Of a DNA stretch of 64,000 nt, positions 1-12,710 are shown piece by piece. A program made the translations under genes and the position numbers. The notes below the pieces were generated by a model. The model was not told the origin of the DNA and searched no databases. It saw nothing but the letters and a program-made list of their open reading frames with translations. Each line of letters starts with the position of its first letter. Positions within the stretch are counted from its first letter, which is position 1. Source of the DNA: Candidatus Poribacteria bacterium (GTDB lineage: Bacteria; Poribacteria; WGA-4E; PCPOR2b); NCBI GenBank assembly GCA_965218095.1, contig OZ244587.1, forward strand, positions 512,001 to 576,000. The letters are read 5' to 3'.

Positions 1-315
1 GATCAGCAGCGGCTGTTTACTGAGGAATACGACACCCACAATCAACCCGCCCGTCATACCCAAGATTAGCGTCGGCTTCCGACCCAATCGATCACTGAAT
101 GCACCACCAACTAAAGCAAACAATCCACCGAGGGCGATTGGGACTGCACGCAATAACGCGGCGAACCATACTGTTTTTCCCAATACGTCCTCCACATAGA
201 CCGGGAAAAGCAGTTCGATTGGGGCGGTGACGAGCCCCGCTGCGAGTAAGATAAGGCATAACGGAATGAATTGGCGATTCCACATTAGATTAAAGATGTC
301 ACCAGTTTTCGCCAT
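1..315 (-). CDS. MFS transporter, N-terminal part (runs off window start)
   Basis: Manual translation from ATG at 315: MAKTGDIFNLMWNRQFIPLCLILLAAG...GGAFSDRLGRKPTLILGM; contains MFS motif A (GxxxDRxGRK) and hydrophobic helices; not in ORF track. Confidence 0.8.
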   Translation of the reverse strand, partial: MAKTGDIFNLMWNRQFIPLCLILLAAGLVTAPIELLFPVYVEDVLGKTVWFAALLRAVPIALGGLFALVGGAFSDRLGRKPTLILGMTGGLIVGVVFLSKQPLLI

Positions 316-565
316 TTAAAATCGACGATTGAATATTGATAATCGCATATTGACCCACAACTAAGTCCGTGGGCTCAAAAACTTCATTTCGCAATTCTCT
401 CTTTCCTTTCATGCTTCACGTCCCGACTTTTAAGCGAATTGGGTTCGGGGTACATTTGCCCAAAACGGTGTGGCACAAGCGAAACACCGTTTCTGACGAC
501 AAGGATCGCGACGCCGGGAATCTGTCTCGATTGTACAGTGCTCTCTAAAAATCAATATGCCCTGT

Positions 566-1375
566 CTAACCGTTCTGAAGATATTCCGAATTCAGTCTAT
601 CAAACTTTTGTAATCCTTTGATATTGTCTAAAACTGTTCCTATTGCTGCAAGGTGGATTTGAACCCTTGTTTCCAAATCGAGCCTCGTTGGGGTTTCGAG
701 AATCAGGCAACATGATCCAATCGATTCCGCAAGGTAACATCCGCGCGTCCATCCCTTAGATCCAACCGTATCAAGCAGCGTGATGACGCCATTATCGTTT
801 AGGTGTCCTTCAATTTCCGGTTCACAATTGATAGCGCACATTTTTTCGACGCGCTCAATAATCTGATGCCCAATTGGAGCTCGACTTGAAGCGCGTCGCT
901 CCCACAGATAGAACCCGTCGCTATCACAATCTTCGTGCAGATCAACCGCCATATCGATATCAACACCTTTGAGCGATGCAACGATGAACGACGTCTGCGG
1001 AAAACGTTCAGGGCTATCAAAGATCTGGTTGAGATCAACGCCTACCTCATTTTCCCGCAGATCCCGCTCATATCCAAAGGGATTGTCGCAGGGGGAAATC
1101 AACCACGCATATCGTGCAAAATCCGGATTGCCGGCGACGAGTTTATCGATGACACGCAACGCGCATGCGACCCCTGCCGGCTCATCTCCATGCGTCCCCG
1201 CCGAGAGATAGATCAACAGCAAGTTTTGAATTGGGGGCATGTATCGCAGACAGTACAGCGTGTAATCTTCATCTGCGGTTTCGACTTGTCCGCGCTGCCA
1301 GATCTTTAACCGATCCGATTGGGGTAACGCTGCTTCAATTTGGCTGATAACATTGGCATAGGATCTGATAATCAT
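566..1375 (-). CDS. M14-family zinc carboxypeptidase / succinylglutamate desuccinylase-like protein
   Basis: Motifs AGTHGDEPAG, NPFG, RENEVGVDLN, DLHE, LETP. Confidence 0.8.
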   Translation of the reverse strand: MIIRSYANVISQIEAALPQSDRLKIWQRGQVETADEDYTLYCLRYMPPIQNLLLIYLSAGTHGDEPAGVACALRVIDKLVAGNPDFARYAWLISPCDNPFGYERDLRENEVGVDLNQIFDSPERFPQTSFIVASLKGVDIDMAVDLHEDCDSDGFYLWERRASSRAPIGHQIIERVEKMCAINCEPEIEGHLNDNGVITLLDTVGSKGWTRGCYLAESIGSCCLILETPTRLDLETRVQIHLAAIGTVLDNIKGLQKFDRLNSEYLQNG

Positions 1376-1409
1376 TGGTTACAGATTATAGCGATGCTGG
1401 AAAGAGAAG

Positions 1410-1800
1410 TCAAGAAGATTCTGCGCCGGAAAATAGGGGGATTTTTCCTGTCGTGACATCGGAATACGCGATTCGCGGTAGGCAGGAAATCGCGCAGTTA
1501 GTTGTCGGGGAGGCGATGTAAACCAGGTCGTTGTTAGCAAATGGTGAGATGGCAAGCTGATCTGTCATCCCGCTGTCCATGAGCCAAAGCAGATTGCCAT
1601 CCAGGTCGTATGAGCGAATCCGGTTCTTGCCCGAAGTAACAATCTCAGTGCGAATTGAGTTTTTCCAGATAAGCGGGGTTGCCCAGGTCGTGTTCTCGTC
1701 CCGCTCCACTTTTGTTTCCAATTGGGTCCAGCCACCACGATTTTCACAATTCGAGGGGCGAGGCTCACCGCCTTTCCCGTCTAAACCGCTGAGAAATTAG
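1410..1800 (-). pseudogene. Fragment of PQQ/BamB-like beta-propeller protein
   Basis: WATPLIW...IRSYDLDGNLLW...SPFANNDLVYI; no proper N- or C-terminus. Confidence 0.55.
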
Positions 1801-1855
1801 ATCGACTCGGCAAAGAAGTTGGTGGTGAACTTGGTTTTGATTTTTCCAAGTATAA

Positions 1856-4102
1856 CTACTTGCTGGCGCCATGTTTGGCACCGTGTTGGCGGAGAATATC
1901 GACGATTCTGGTTCTACCGGTTTTTACTCTTTTTTCATCCACTTCTATCTCTAACAAAGCTGCTACAAACTCGGTGATTTCCCAACCCACTGTCGAGACA
2001 TAAAGTGGGGTTTCACCCTTATCATTCTTGGCATTGACATCCGCACCATTCCGGATCAGTAGCTCGGCAGCGTCAACGTGGCCGAGAAAAGTAGCCCCAT
2101 GCAGTGCTGTTCCACCATCCCGATTCCTGCCATTGACATCTGCCCCGCTCTGGATTAGAAGTTCGGCGATTTCAGTGTGACCTAGCAATGCCGCCCACGA
2201 CAAGGGACTGACCCCGAATTCACTATCCCCGGTATTGACATCTGCACCTTTAGCCAGTTGCTGCTTGATGGCTTTGATATTTCTAGCTCTGGTCGCAGTA
2301 CATATATCATTTCCAAAAGGATTGACGTCGGTGGAGCCAGTTTGGACGCCGTGTTGGCGGAAAAGCTCAACGATTTGAGTCCTGCCAGTTTGAACTTTTT
2401 CTCGGTTGACCTTTATTTGCAACAATCCAGCAATAAACCGAGTGGTTGCCCAATCAGCTTTCAAGCCATTCACTGGTGTCTCACCCTTATTATTCTTGGC
2501 GTCAAGATCTGCGCCTTTCTGGATCAATAGTTCAGCAATCTCATATTGACCTAGAAAGGTGGCTATATGCAAGGGTGTTTCACCATCCTTATTTCCGGCA
2601 TTGACATCTGCGCCTTTCTGGATAAGCAGTTCGACGGTTTTGGTCTGACCGAGAAGAGTTGCCCATGCCAAGGGCGTCACCCCGAATTTACTATCCTTGG
2701 CATTGACGTCTGCACCAACAGCCAAGTGCTGTAGGATGGCTTTGGTGTTTCCAGTTTGGGCCGCACTCCAAATTGAGTTGGCTTTTGGCTTGAACTTGGC
2801 GTCTGCTCCAATTACGAATGGCTCGCTTGGGGCCTTTTTCCATTCCGGCATTCCGTGGGCAATTTCCTTGGTTATATCTGCACGACGTTGACGGATGAAT
2901 TCCCGTGTCGCTTCCAGCGATTGAGCAAATGTTCCACGTTCCCCCTTCTGTTTTTCCTTATCACTAAAGAAGAGCTGGGATTGGACCAAGTGCAGTGTGA
3001 CCATGGTCTCGATCCGGTCGATCTCGGCTAACAGTTCTGCCTCGTTCCAATGTTTTTCAATAATATCCATGAGAGTCTGGGCGTAACGTTCCCGACCAGA
3101 TTCGAGTTGATAAAGTTTGTGAGCAATCAAGCCCTGGGTCTTGACAGAAATAGGCGCGCGAGGATCGTATTTGAGCTTACTGAACTTGATAAATAACGAG
3201 TCCGCGCCCCACGGTAAAAAGTGAAATTTGTTGGTCTCCGGATTGAGATAGATGAAAAAGTTGTTGTTGTTGCCGGAGTATCCATCCCAAAAACCGAGCA
3301 ACCCTTCCACCGCCCAAAATGCGTAAAACGCATCCAGCTTGACTAACTCGCCGATCGCTTCCTCAATGTTTTCATCATCGCTTTCGAGAACTTCAATGAG
3401 CTGTTGGATCTTCTGTCGCCCCGGCGTATCCTTGCCAGTTTTGCGCTCAAAACTGCCCACCCAACCCTCGTAAAAATCGACGTAGGGGCCTTCGTGCAGG
3501 GTCCCATCGTCATTGCCGAATGCGCGTTTGAGAAACGACTTGCGAACCGTTTCGACATGCGAATAGACCCCGAGGTTCACCCCATTGACCGTCACCTTTG
3601 CATACGCACATCGGGGCGCGGGCGAGCCAGCGGCATTAAACAGCGCATACCCCATGAATTGGCTCACCAAACTTACGTCCTGTTGGTTGTTGTTGAACGT
3701 TAGGTTGGTCAAGCCCTCAATTCCGGCGTTTTTGTCGGTGTGATTCAGCTTGATTTTGAGTGAGGGTCGAGTGGTACTTTGCGAGCCGAGGAACCCTTTT
3801 TTGCGAAGTCCAACCTCGGGAAATGCCACACCATCAATCGTCACACTCGCATTGACGTAGGTGTAGGGAGCATCAATCGGCGCAACTTTTCGACTCTCGT
3901 GCAATGCCGAGAAAAAATCACGCGACTGATGGCGAATCGTATCCCAGTCCTTATTAGCAGCGGTGATTTGCACATCCAGCACCCGGTCGGTCGGGAAGAT
4001 GTCGTCCAAGGTCAGTTCCTTGGCTGGCATACCGTTTACGGCAACCCAAAAGCATAGTACTGTTGCTAATCCTATCTTCAACTTCGTTTGACTTAATTTC
4101 AT
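1856..4102 (-). CDS. Secreted CotH-family kinase fused to C-terminal ankyrin repeats
   Basis: Signal peptide; VGLRKKG, RPSLKIK, WDGYSGNNNNFFIY, FLPWGAD (CotH); GADVNA..GETPLH repeats in two duplicated blocks. Confidence 0.85.
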   Translation of the reverse strand: MKLSQTKLKIGLATVLCFWVAVNGMPAKELTLDDIFPTDRVLDVQITAANKDWDTIRHQSRDFFSALHESRKVAPIDAPYTYVNASVTIDGVAFPEVGLRKKGFLGSQSTTRPSLKIKLNHTDKNAGIEGLTNLTFNNNQQDVSLVSQFMGYALFNAAGSPAPRCAYAKVTVNGVNLGVYSHVETVRKSFLKRAFGNDDGTLHEGPYVDFYEGWVGSFERKTGKDTPGRQKIQQLIEVLESDDENIEEAIGELVKLDAFYAFWAVEGLLGFWDGYSGNNNNFFIYLNPETNKFHFLPWGADSLFIKFSKLKYDPRAPISVKTQGLIAHKLYQLESGRERYAQTLMDIIEKHWNEAELLAEIDRIETMVTLHLVQSQLFFSDKEKQKGERGTFAQSLEATREFIRQRRADITKEIAHGMPEWKKAPSEPFVIGADAKFKPKANSIWSAAQTGNTKAILQHLAVGADVNAKDSKFGVTPLAWATLLGQTKTVELLIQKGADVNAGNKDGETPLHIATFLGQYEIAELLIQKGADLDAKNNKGETPVNGLKADWATTRFIAGLLQIKVNREKVQTGRTQIVELFRQHGVQTGSTDVNPFGNDICTATRARNIKAIKQQLAKGADVNTGDSEFGVSPLSWAALLGHTEIAELLIQSGADVNGRNRDGGTALHGATFLGHVDAAELLIRNGADVNAKNDKGETPLYVSTVGWEITEFVAALLEIEVDEKRVKTGRTRIVDILRQHGAKHGASK

Positions 4103-4350
4103 CTTTTTTCGATCCTTTTCAAATGTTGTTATGGCGTCTCATCACACCTGTGTTCCAGAAGAACCTAGTTGACTGCGACTCCAATTCGTAAAAACTTTAC
4201 ATTTAGTAACCGTTAAAAATGTGACGATGTGAAATAGAAATAACGATTTGTTAAATTCACAGGCTTCACAAACTTGCCCAAACTCCGATATGGGCCGATT
4301 TTTGGCACGACATATCGTGAATTTATTATTTCACAATATGAGATTTTAGG

Positions 4351-5133
4351 TTACAAAAAATAAAAGTGATTGGTGGGTCCATGCCCACCCCCGATGTCGA
4401 GGGAATAGCGGATGGCGTTGGTGATATAATCCTTCGCAGACTGAACTGCTGTTTTGAGGTCTTTCCCGAGCCCAAGGTGGGTGGCAATCGCGGCGGAGTA
4501 GGTACACCCCGTGCCGTGTGTATTTTTCGTCTCGATCCGCTCCGCTTCAAAAAGTGTGAAATCCCCGTCGACATACAAAACATCGGTTGACTGCTCACCC
4601 AACAGATGTCCCCCTTTGACCAGGACGCTCTGGCAACCGTACCCGTGGATTGCCTGCGCTGCCCCCTTCGCATTGTCGATCGTTTTGATCTCACATTCGG
4701 CAAGAAGTTCGGCTTCATAGACGTTTGGCGTGATGACCGTCGCTAGTGGAAACAATTCGGACTTCAAGCTCTTGATGGCTTCCGGCTTGAGCAGGGCGAA
4801 CTTGCTTTTGGAGATCATCACAGGATCGATTACGATATTCTTCGGCAAATATTCGCGCAACTTTTTAGCGACGGTCTGCACGATTTCCGATGAAGATAGC
4901 ATTCCAGTCTTGAGGGCAGCCACATCAAAATCCGAGAAGATGGCGTCGATCTGTGCCTCGATGAGATCGGCTGGCAGATCGAAGGCGCGGGTGACTTCGC
5001 GCGTATTCTGCGCCGTGATTGAGGTAATGACGGACATTCCAAAACCGCTGTTTGCGTGGATGGATTTGAGGTCGGCTTGGATGCCTGCGCCGCCTCCTGA
5101 GTCTGAGCCAGCAATCGTTAAGATCTGTTTCAT
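4351..5133 (-). CDS. thiD: Hydroxymethylpyrimidine/phosphomethylpyrimidine kinase
   Basis: [35 protein letters not shown]; ATG at 5133 preceded by AGGAG. Confidence 0.95.
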   Translation of the reverse strand: MKQILTIAGSDSGGGAGIQADLKSIHANSGFGMSVITSITAQNTREVTRAFDLPADLIEAQIDAIFSDFDVAALKTGMLSSSEIVQTVAKKLREYLPKNIVIDPVMISKSKFALLKPEAIKSLKSELFPLATVITPNVYEAELLAECEIKTIDNAKGAAQAIHGYGCQSVLVKGGHLLGEQSTDVLYVDGDFTLFEAERIETKNTHGTGCTYSAAIATHLGLGKDLKTAVQSAKDYITNAIRYSLDIGGGHGPTNHFYFL

Positions 5134-5150
5134 GTTCGGGCGACTCCTGT

Positions 5151-5453
5151 GGTAGCACTCCACTAAAGTGTGGAGTTATGACTTGACAAGAAGGGGATCC
5201 ACTGACTACCTTTATGTATCCAAACAGTAAGGAGTCACCAAATGGATCCCCAACAGACGTCGTAGATAGGTAGAGAGAACGCCAGGGATGGTTGCTGGCG
5301 TGACTAAGCATATCTGGACGGTGAAACAGTTGCTCTCTTATCAAGTTCCCCTCCGCTTTGGCAGCCGCCTCGGCGACGAGGAAGGGTTTCTGCGAAAATC
5401 AAGGCACTTATTCAGCGCTATCTTTTATGACCACACTTAACTGTGGAGCTACC
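5151..5453 (+). mobile_element. 303-bp internally deleted IS1-like element (MITE-like)
   Basis: Imperfect terminal IRs GGTAGCACTCCACTAAAGTGTGG / CCACACTTAACTGTGGAGCTACC; carries a putative transposase start (MDPQQT) joined to a C-terminus RTPGMVAGVTKHIWTVKQLL; no clear TSD. Confidence 0.65.
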
Positions 5454-5511
5454 AGAAAAATTATACCCAATGAGAAATTTTTTGTGCAAGCGAAAAAATT
5501 CCTTTTACCTT

Positions 5512-6330
5512 TCACGCCTCAAGTTTCCATTCATCACCGAGGATAATCTCCAACTGATCATGTGGCTTGAAGTAATCGGTCGGGTGATAGTTCTCGCCCA
5601 TGTATCCGAATAAGCGTTGCCGGCGAGGCGTCATCCGCTCCAGCACATGCGACGGAAGGGTTTCGTAGTCGTAGGGACGGCTCCACATCTGACCGTAGCG
5701 GAAGGTGACACTCTTCCGAATCCAATCGGTTTTGTTGGGTCCGACCGCGTGCCATTGCGCCCACGGGAAGATGACCGCATCGCCCGCTTCCGCAAGTACC
5801 TGGATTGCCCCCTCTGGAACAAATCCCTTTTCTGGAGCTTTCGAGGGAAAAGGCTTCCGGTGACTGCTCGGTACCAAGATGAAATTTCCGCTGTCCGGCT
5901 GCGATACATCGGTCAGGAAAAACTGAACCTTGAATTGCAGGGGGAGGCTTTGTGGGTGAGGGTGAATCTGTTGCAGCGATGGCCCGGCGTCCGTGTGGAA
6001 ACCAATCAAGGCTGTGTCGCTTGGGTAGCGGACATAGATCTGCGTTCCCATAATCTGAAGATAGGGTTCCATCAACGAAAGGATTGTCCCAAACGTCTTG
6101 GGGTGATCTGTTAAGATGTCCAGGGCCTCCGTTCGTTCGATTGCCCGAATAATGGTGAAGGCACGAGGCGCGTCTGCCCCCAATTCCTCCTGGACATAAT
6201 CTTCAATAACTGGATCGACAGCCTTCAGGAGCATACGGATTTCTTCTGGTGAAAGCACCTGTTTCAGGACGAGATAGCCTTCCTCGTTCCAGTGTTCTCG
6301 TTGTTTCTCTGTCAAGTACTGGTTTACCAT
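5512..6330 (-). CDS. Phytanoyl-CoA dioxygenase (PhyH) family protein
   Basis: YLTEKQREHWNEEGYLVL, HTD, VPSSH, WHAV..N...R; likely start MVNQY at 6330 with GGAG RBS. Confidence 0.85.
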   Translation of the reverse strand: MVNQYLTEKQREHWNEEGYLVLKQVLSPEEIRMLLKAVDPVIEDYVQEELGADAPRAFTIIRAIERTEALDILTDHPKTFGTILSLMEPYLQIMGTQIYVRYPSDTALIGFHTDAGPSLQQIHPHPQSLPLQFKVQFFLTDVSQPDSGNFILVPSSHRKPFPSKAPEKGFVPEGAIQVLAEAGDAVIFPWAQWHAVGPNKTDWIRKSVTFRYGQMWSRPYDYETLPSHVLERMTPRRQRLFGYMGENYHPTDYFKPHDQLEIILGDEWKLEA

Positions 6331-6420
6331 CGTGATTTCTCCCATTGTTGGCTGTAAATGTACATTGAACGGTGTGTCGGCGCCTGAAATTATAGACGAT
6401 TTCGGGGAGAAGATCCAATG

Positions 6421-6457
6421 GAAAGTGAAACGTAAAACGTGAAACGTGAAACGTGAG
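6421..6457. repeat. Short tandem heptamer repeat (GAAACGT)n
   Basis: gaaagtgaaacgtaaaacgtgaaacgtgaaacgtgag; related units at ~6541 and right after the clpB stop (9375-9388). Confidence 0.7.
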
Positions 6458-6704
6458 AGGTAAAAAATCATGAGATTGAGATTTTTATGGATGTGAAAGG
6501 CAGATTTTGGTAATATTAGTGTCGGGTAGAAGAAATACTTGAAACGTGATGGATACTGCGTAATGAGCTTATGTAATCGACGTTTCACGCATTAATATGC
6601 CAAAATGACATTCCCAGTATCTGGCAGATCGCCCCTTGTCAGTCCGGCACAGCCTGTGAACTGTTAAAAATACGCAAAACCCCGCGGCCGTAGCAGGGCG
6701 ACGG

Positions 6705-6721
6705 TTGGCATACATCCTGCA
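6705..6721 (+). promoter_or_regulatory. Candidate sigma-54 (-24/-12) promoter of clpB
   Basis: TTGGCATACATCCTGCA = GG-N10-GC with TGGCA and TGC, about 80 nt upstream of the clpB ATG. Confidence 0.5.
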
Positions 6722-6798
6722 TCGGGCGGAAACAGCCCTTTGCAGGTCAAAGGGATCAGCGTTCATAAAATTGAAATGAAAAAGGGGAGCAAACGAAA

Positions 6799-9381
<2,583 letters not shown>

Positions 9382-9509
9382 AACGTGATGAGTGATTCGT
9401 AGATTTGTAGGTTCACGGATTCTAATACCAATATTATACACCATTAGCAGCCGGCAGATCCAGAGCCGGTATAACTTTGTCAAATGTAAGACATAGAGGA
9501 CCTCAAATT

Positions 9510-10355
9510 ATGCCGGAACAAAATGTAACTCACGAGTTGAACCCCGCAGAGGAGGTGCGGCCAACCCCTTCGGATTCAGAACGCTTTTTCTTCGACAACA
9601 ACGGCTATCTGGTCTTGGACGGTTTTCTGGCACAAGACCACGTCAACGAACTCCGAGAAGCCCTTTTCTGCGCCATCGCTAGACGGCGGGAACAACAGGA
9701 AAAAGGGATTCCCCAGACCGGAAAAACGGATATTAGGGGAGAGCGAAGTACGCGAATCTTCTACATCTTGGACGATGAACCGCTGTTCCTTGAGCTGCTC
9801 GATTGGCCAGCTATTTTGCCTTATGTCACCGGGTTGCTCAATGAACGCTCACACCACCATGCTTCCGATGCGATTGTGGAGTACGCCAGTGACCTCATGG
9901 AGCGAGGAATGGAGTGGCACATTGATGGTCATGACAGCGGCTACCGTGGACTAAACTGTCCCATTCCCCTTCTCCAACTCAAGATCGGCTACTACTTGAA
10001 TGACATGACGGAGCCCGGGCAAGGCAATCTTTGCGTCGTCCCGGGCAGTCACAAGGCGTTGCATGACCCCGCCCCGGAAGATTTGAAGCGGCCAGACCTA
10101 TTCCCCGGTGCGGTGCAGATCTGCGCCTCGGCAGGGACAGCGATCCTTTTCCACAATGCTCTTTGGCATTCGGCGGGCCCTTTTACCAAAAGAGATGGCT
10201 TTCGGTTCATGCTCTACTACGCTTATGAGCATCCGTGGATGATCGCCTCCCAAGAACACTGGGGATATACCAAGGCGTTCTACAACAACCGCCTGTCCCC
10301 TGAACAACGTAGGCTCTTTCACGGCTTTTTGTTTGACCCGCCGGAGCAACGATAG
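9510..10355 (+). CDS. PhyH-family dioxygenase
   Basis: FFDNNGYLVL, WHID, VPGSH, LWHS; likely start ATG 9510 after GAGG. Confidence 0.85.
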   Translation: MPEQNVTHELNPAEEVRPTPSDSERFFFDNNGYLVLDGFLAQDHVNELREALFCAIARRREQQEKGIPQTGKTDIRGERSTRIFYILDDEPLFLELLDWPAILPYVTGLLNERSHHHASDAIVEYASDLMERGMEWHIDGHDSGYRGLNCPIPLLQLKIGYYLNDMTEPGQGNLCVVPGSHKALHDPAPEDLKRPDLFPGAVQICASAGTAILFHNALWHSAGPFTKRDGFRFMLYYAYEHPWMIASQEHWGYTKAFYNNRLSPEQRRLFHGFLFDPPEQR

Positions 10356-10423
10356 TCCCTTTCTTCTCAGAACCTTTTAGCAGTGTACTATCATATAACC
10401 CTTGAGAAAATCGGCCAGTGCTT

Positions 10424-10552
10424 CACCCCCACCCCGGCTCTCTCCCATCAAGTCTCTAGCGAAGCAGGGGAGGAAAGGAGTTGTCATTTTCCCGTCGGCA
10501 GTGGGGGTTGTTCCTCTGCCCCTGGCGGGAAAGGGGCCGGAGGTGAGGGGGA
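10424..10552. repeat. Degenerate CCCTCACCCC..CCTCTCCC / GGGAGAGG..GGTGAGGG palindromic intergenic repeat
   Basis: cacccccaccccggctctctccc ... gggaaaggggccggaggtgaggggg form inverted arms. Confidence 0.5.
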
Positions 10553-10577
10553 GAAAACCAATCGGAGGTAAATTGCT

Positions 10578-10955
10578 GTGCAAGAACTGGAGCTTTGCCG
10601 GCGATATTTCTGGGAAATCGGTTTGCTTGCTATCAAACAGAATTTGCCTAAGTGTGTACCGCGCCTTGCAATTAGACTATCTGGGGGATCTCAAAGCCAC
10701 GGAAATGACGATGAAATATCTCAAGATCACGGTTGGGGACCGGGATTCGCTGTATGGCTGATCAGTGAAGATTATGAGCAATTTGGTGAACCGCCTCAGG
10801 CGATCCTAAAGACCCTTCCGCGAGAGCACTTGGGATATGAATGGCAGGATGGACGCAAAGGAACTTCCGGTGTCATCGAAGTCGGAAAATACATTAAGTC
10901 AGCTATGGGCTGTAAGGCTCCGCCTAAGACGGTAACCGACTGGCTGTATATTCCG
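10578..10955 (+). pseudogene. Truncated DUF4037-like protein (N-terminal part)
   Basis: ELCRRYF..GGSQSHGNDDEISQDHGWGPGF..DWLYIP; the rest of the ORF is the antisense of a LamG fragment. Confidence 0.6.
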
Positions 10956-11360
10956 GCGTATCTTGTTGATATCCTGCTCAGTGAAGGTTCCTCTCCAAAT
11001 CATGACCCCGTCAATGGTGCCCCGGAACGGCTCTGCAAACCGATCAAAACCACCAACAGTGACAGGGCCGGGGGGAATCCTATGGACTTTAATGCCCCGT
11101 CGCCTGCAGTCCATTTCATTTTTTGTAGTTTCCCTCTTTATAAAGAATTTTAACGCGCCAGCCCTTCTAAAAGTATTGGTGACAGCAACATGCATCCACT
11201 TCTCTAAAACTACACTTGTACCGCCTAGCGATCGCGCACGATGCTGCTTTCCGTTTTCACTCCAATAGAATTGTAGGTCTCTACCACCATTCGGACTCCA
11301 TAGAGTTATTGCGTAATTTACGGCGTCTCCCTGGCGATTAAAGACAATCCCGCGACTTGT
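10950..11360 (-). pseudogene. LamG/concanavalin-like domain fragment
   Basis: LEKWMHVAVT, PFRGTIDGVMIWRGTFTEQDI. Confidence 0.6.
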
Positions 11361-11838
11361 TCTATGAAAAAAACCATAAGTGCATTTTCTTGTTGACACC
11401 GGTTTGTGAATGCGTATAATGAAAGTCACATTTCACATATACGACTTTTTCAGTTATAGCATTATTGGTAGTAGAGCGAGCAGCTTGCTCGTTCACGATG
11501 CAATTGATACGTTGAGTTGAGAAGCCCGGCGAAACCAGAGAACAAGCCCCGATAGATCAGGATTCAAAGCAACTTGGCAGCATGCTCTACTTCACCTGTA
11601 AGTGAAAAACTCGTATTATGACCAAGCCTCGTTTAGTTCAATTGGGAATGGCTTATTTCCAAGAGCGGATAAACAACGACCAAGCCATCCATTATGCTCT
11701 ACTGCGACCAGGTTCTTTTACCAAACTGCCTTTCTCTCTATCTCGCCAATGAGGTGCAAAGCGTGATGAAATCCGAGTGTTGAGTGATTGAAAAATGAAG
11801 GTTGCTAAAACCAAAGGTTAAAATGGGGTGTATGAGAC

Positions 11839-12654
11839 ATGACAACTAAAGAGCAGATTGAGCAGTACCGGAATCAGGGCTATTTCATCGCCGACGACGC
11901 GGTAGAGCCTGACATGCTAGAGTCCCTGGTAGAGGCGGCACGACGGGCGCGGGACAAGGTGCGCTCCGGCCAGGTAGTCGCCGATCCGGATAAAATCAGC
12001 ACCGGGGGGCCGGGCGTGGAAGCTCACGTCATTTCAGGCCTCATCGCACCAGAATTCAGCGAGCTCATTTTTGCAGAGTATCTCATATCCAAACCGGTCG
12101 AGTCCTATGCCCAGGCCTTTCTGGGAGAGGAGTTGCGCCTGGGGTGGGTGGGCCTGTTTGCCATCTGTGGCCCGTCCCGCTACGACACGGGCTGGCACCG
12201 GGACTTCGGCAAGGAGGAACGGGATGGCAGCGAGGAGGTAGAGCTAGAGATCCTCAGTCGCTATCGCAAGAACCTCCTCAAATGGCATATGGCGCTGGTG
12301 GATGATCCCTGTCTGTGGGTGGTGCCGGGCAGTCAGCGGCGCTACCGGACAGACCACGAGCGGGAGGTTCTGATCAACAACCGGCAGGACGACATCCCGG
12401 GCCAGCAGCAGATCAGACTGAAGAAGGGGCAGACCATTTTCTGGAACGGGAACATCATCCACCGGGGGCGGATGCCGGCGCACATGGAAGAGCGTCTGAC
12501 CCAGACTGGAAGCCTGATAAAGTACCAGAAGGACGATCTGCCCGAGGAACTAGACGAACGCTATCGGTGGAGGCTGGCCGATAATATACGGGATAACCTG
12601 CCCGGGAAGATGCAACTCTACTACGACCGCTGGCGTGTGCTGCAGAAGGTTTGA
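11839..12654 (+). CDS. PhyH-family dioxygenase
   Basis: EQYRNQGYF, WHRD, VVPGSQRR, IIHRG. Confidence 0.85.
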   Translation: MTTKEQIEQYRNQGYFIADDAVEPDMLESLVEAARRARDKVRSGQVVADPDKISTGGPGVEAHVISGLIAPEFSELIFAEYLISKPVESYAQAFLGEELRLGWVGLFAICGPSRYDTGWHRDFGKEERDGSEEVELEILSRYRKNLLKWHMALVDDPCLWVVPGSQRRYRTDHEREVLINNRQDDIPGQQQIRLKKGQTIFWNGNIIHRGRMPAHMEERLTQTGSLIKYQKDDLPEELDERYRWRLADNIRDNLPGKMQLYYDRWRVLQKV

Positions 12655-12710
12655 ACATGTTGTATAATTTCAAAGATAATTTTTAATCTTCAAACAAACG
12701 GGAGAGACAA

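Noticed and set aside
5134-5511. TPP riboswitch upstream of thiD
   Set aside because: No CTGAGA or other aptamer core is seen; the region is explained by the miniature IS.
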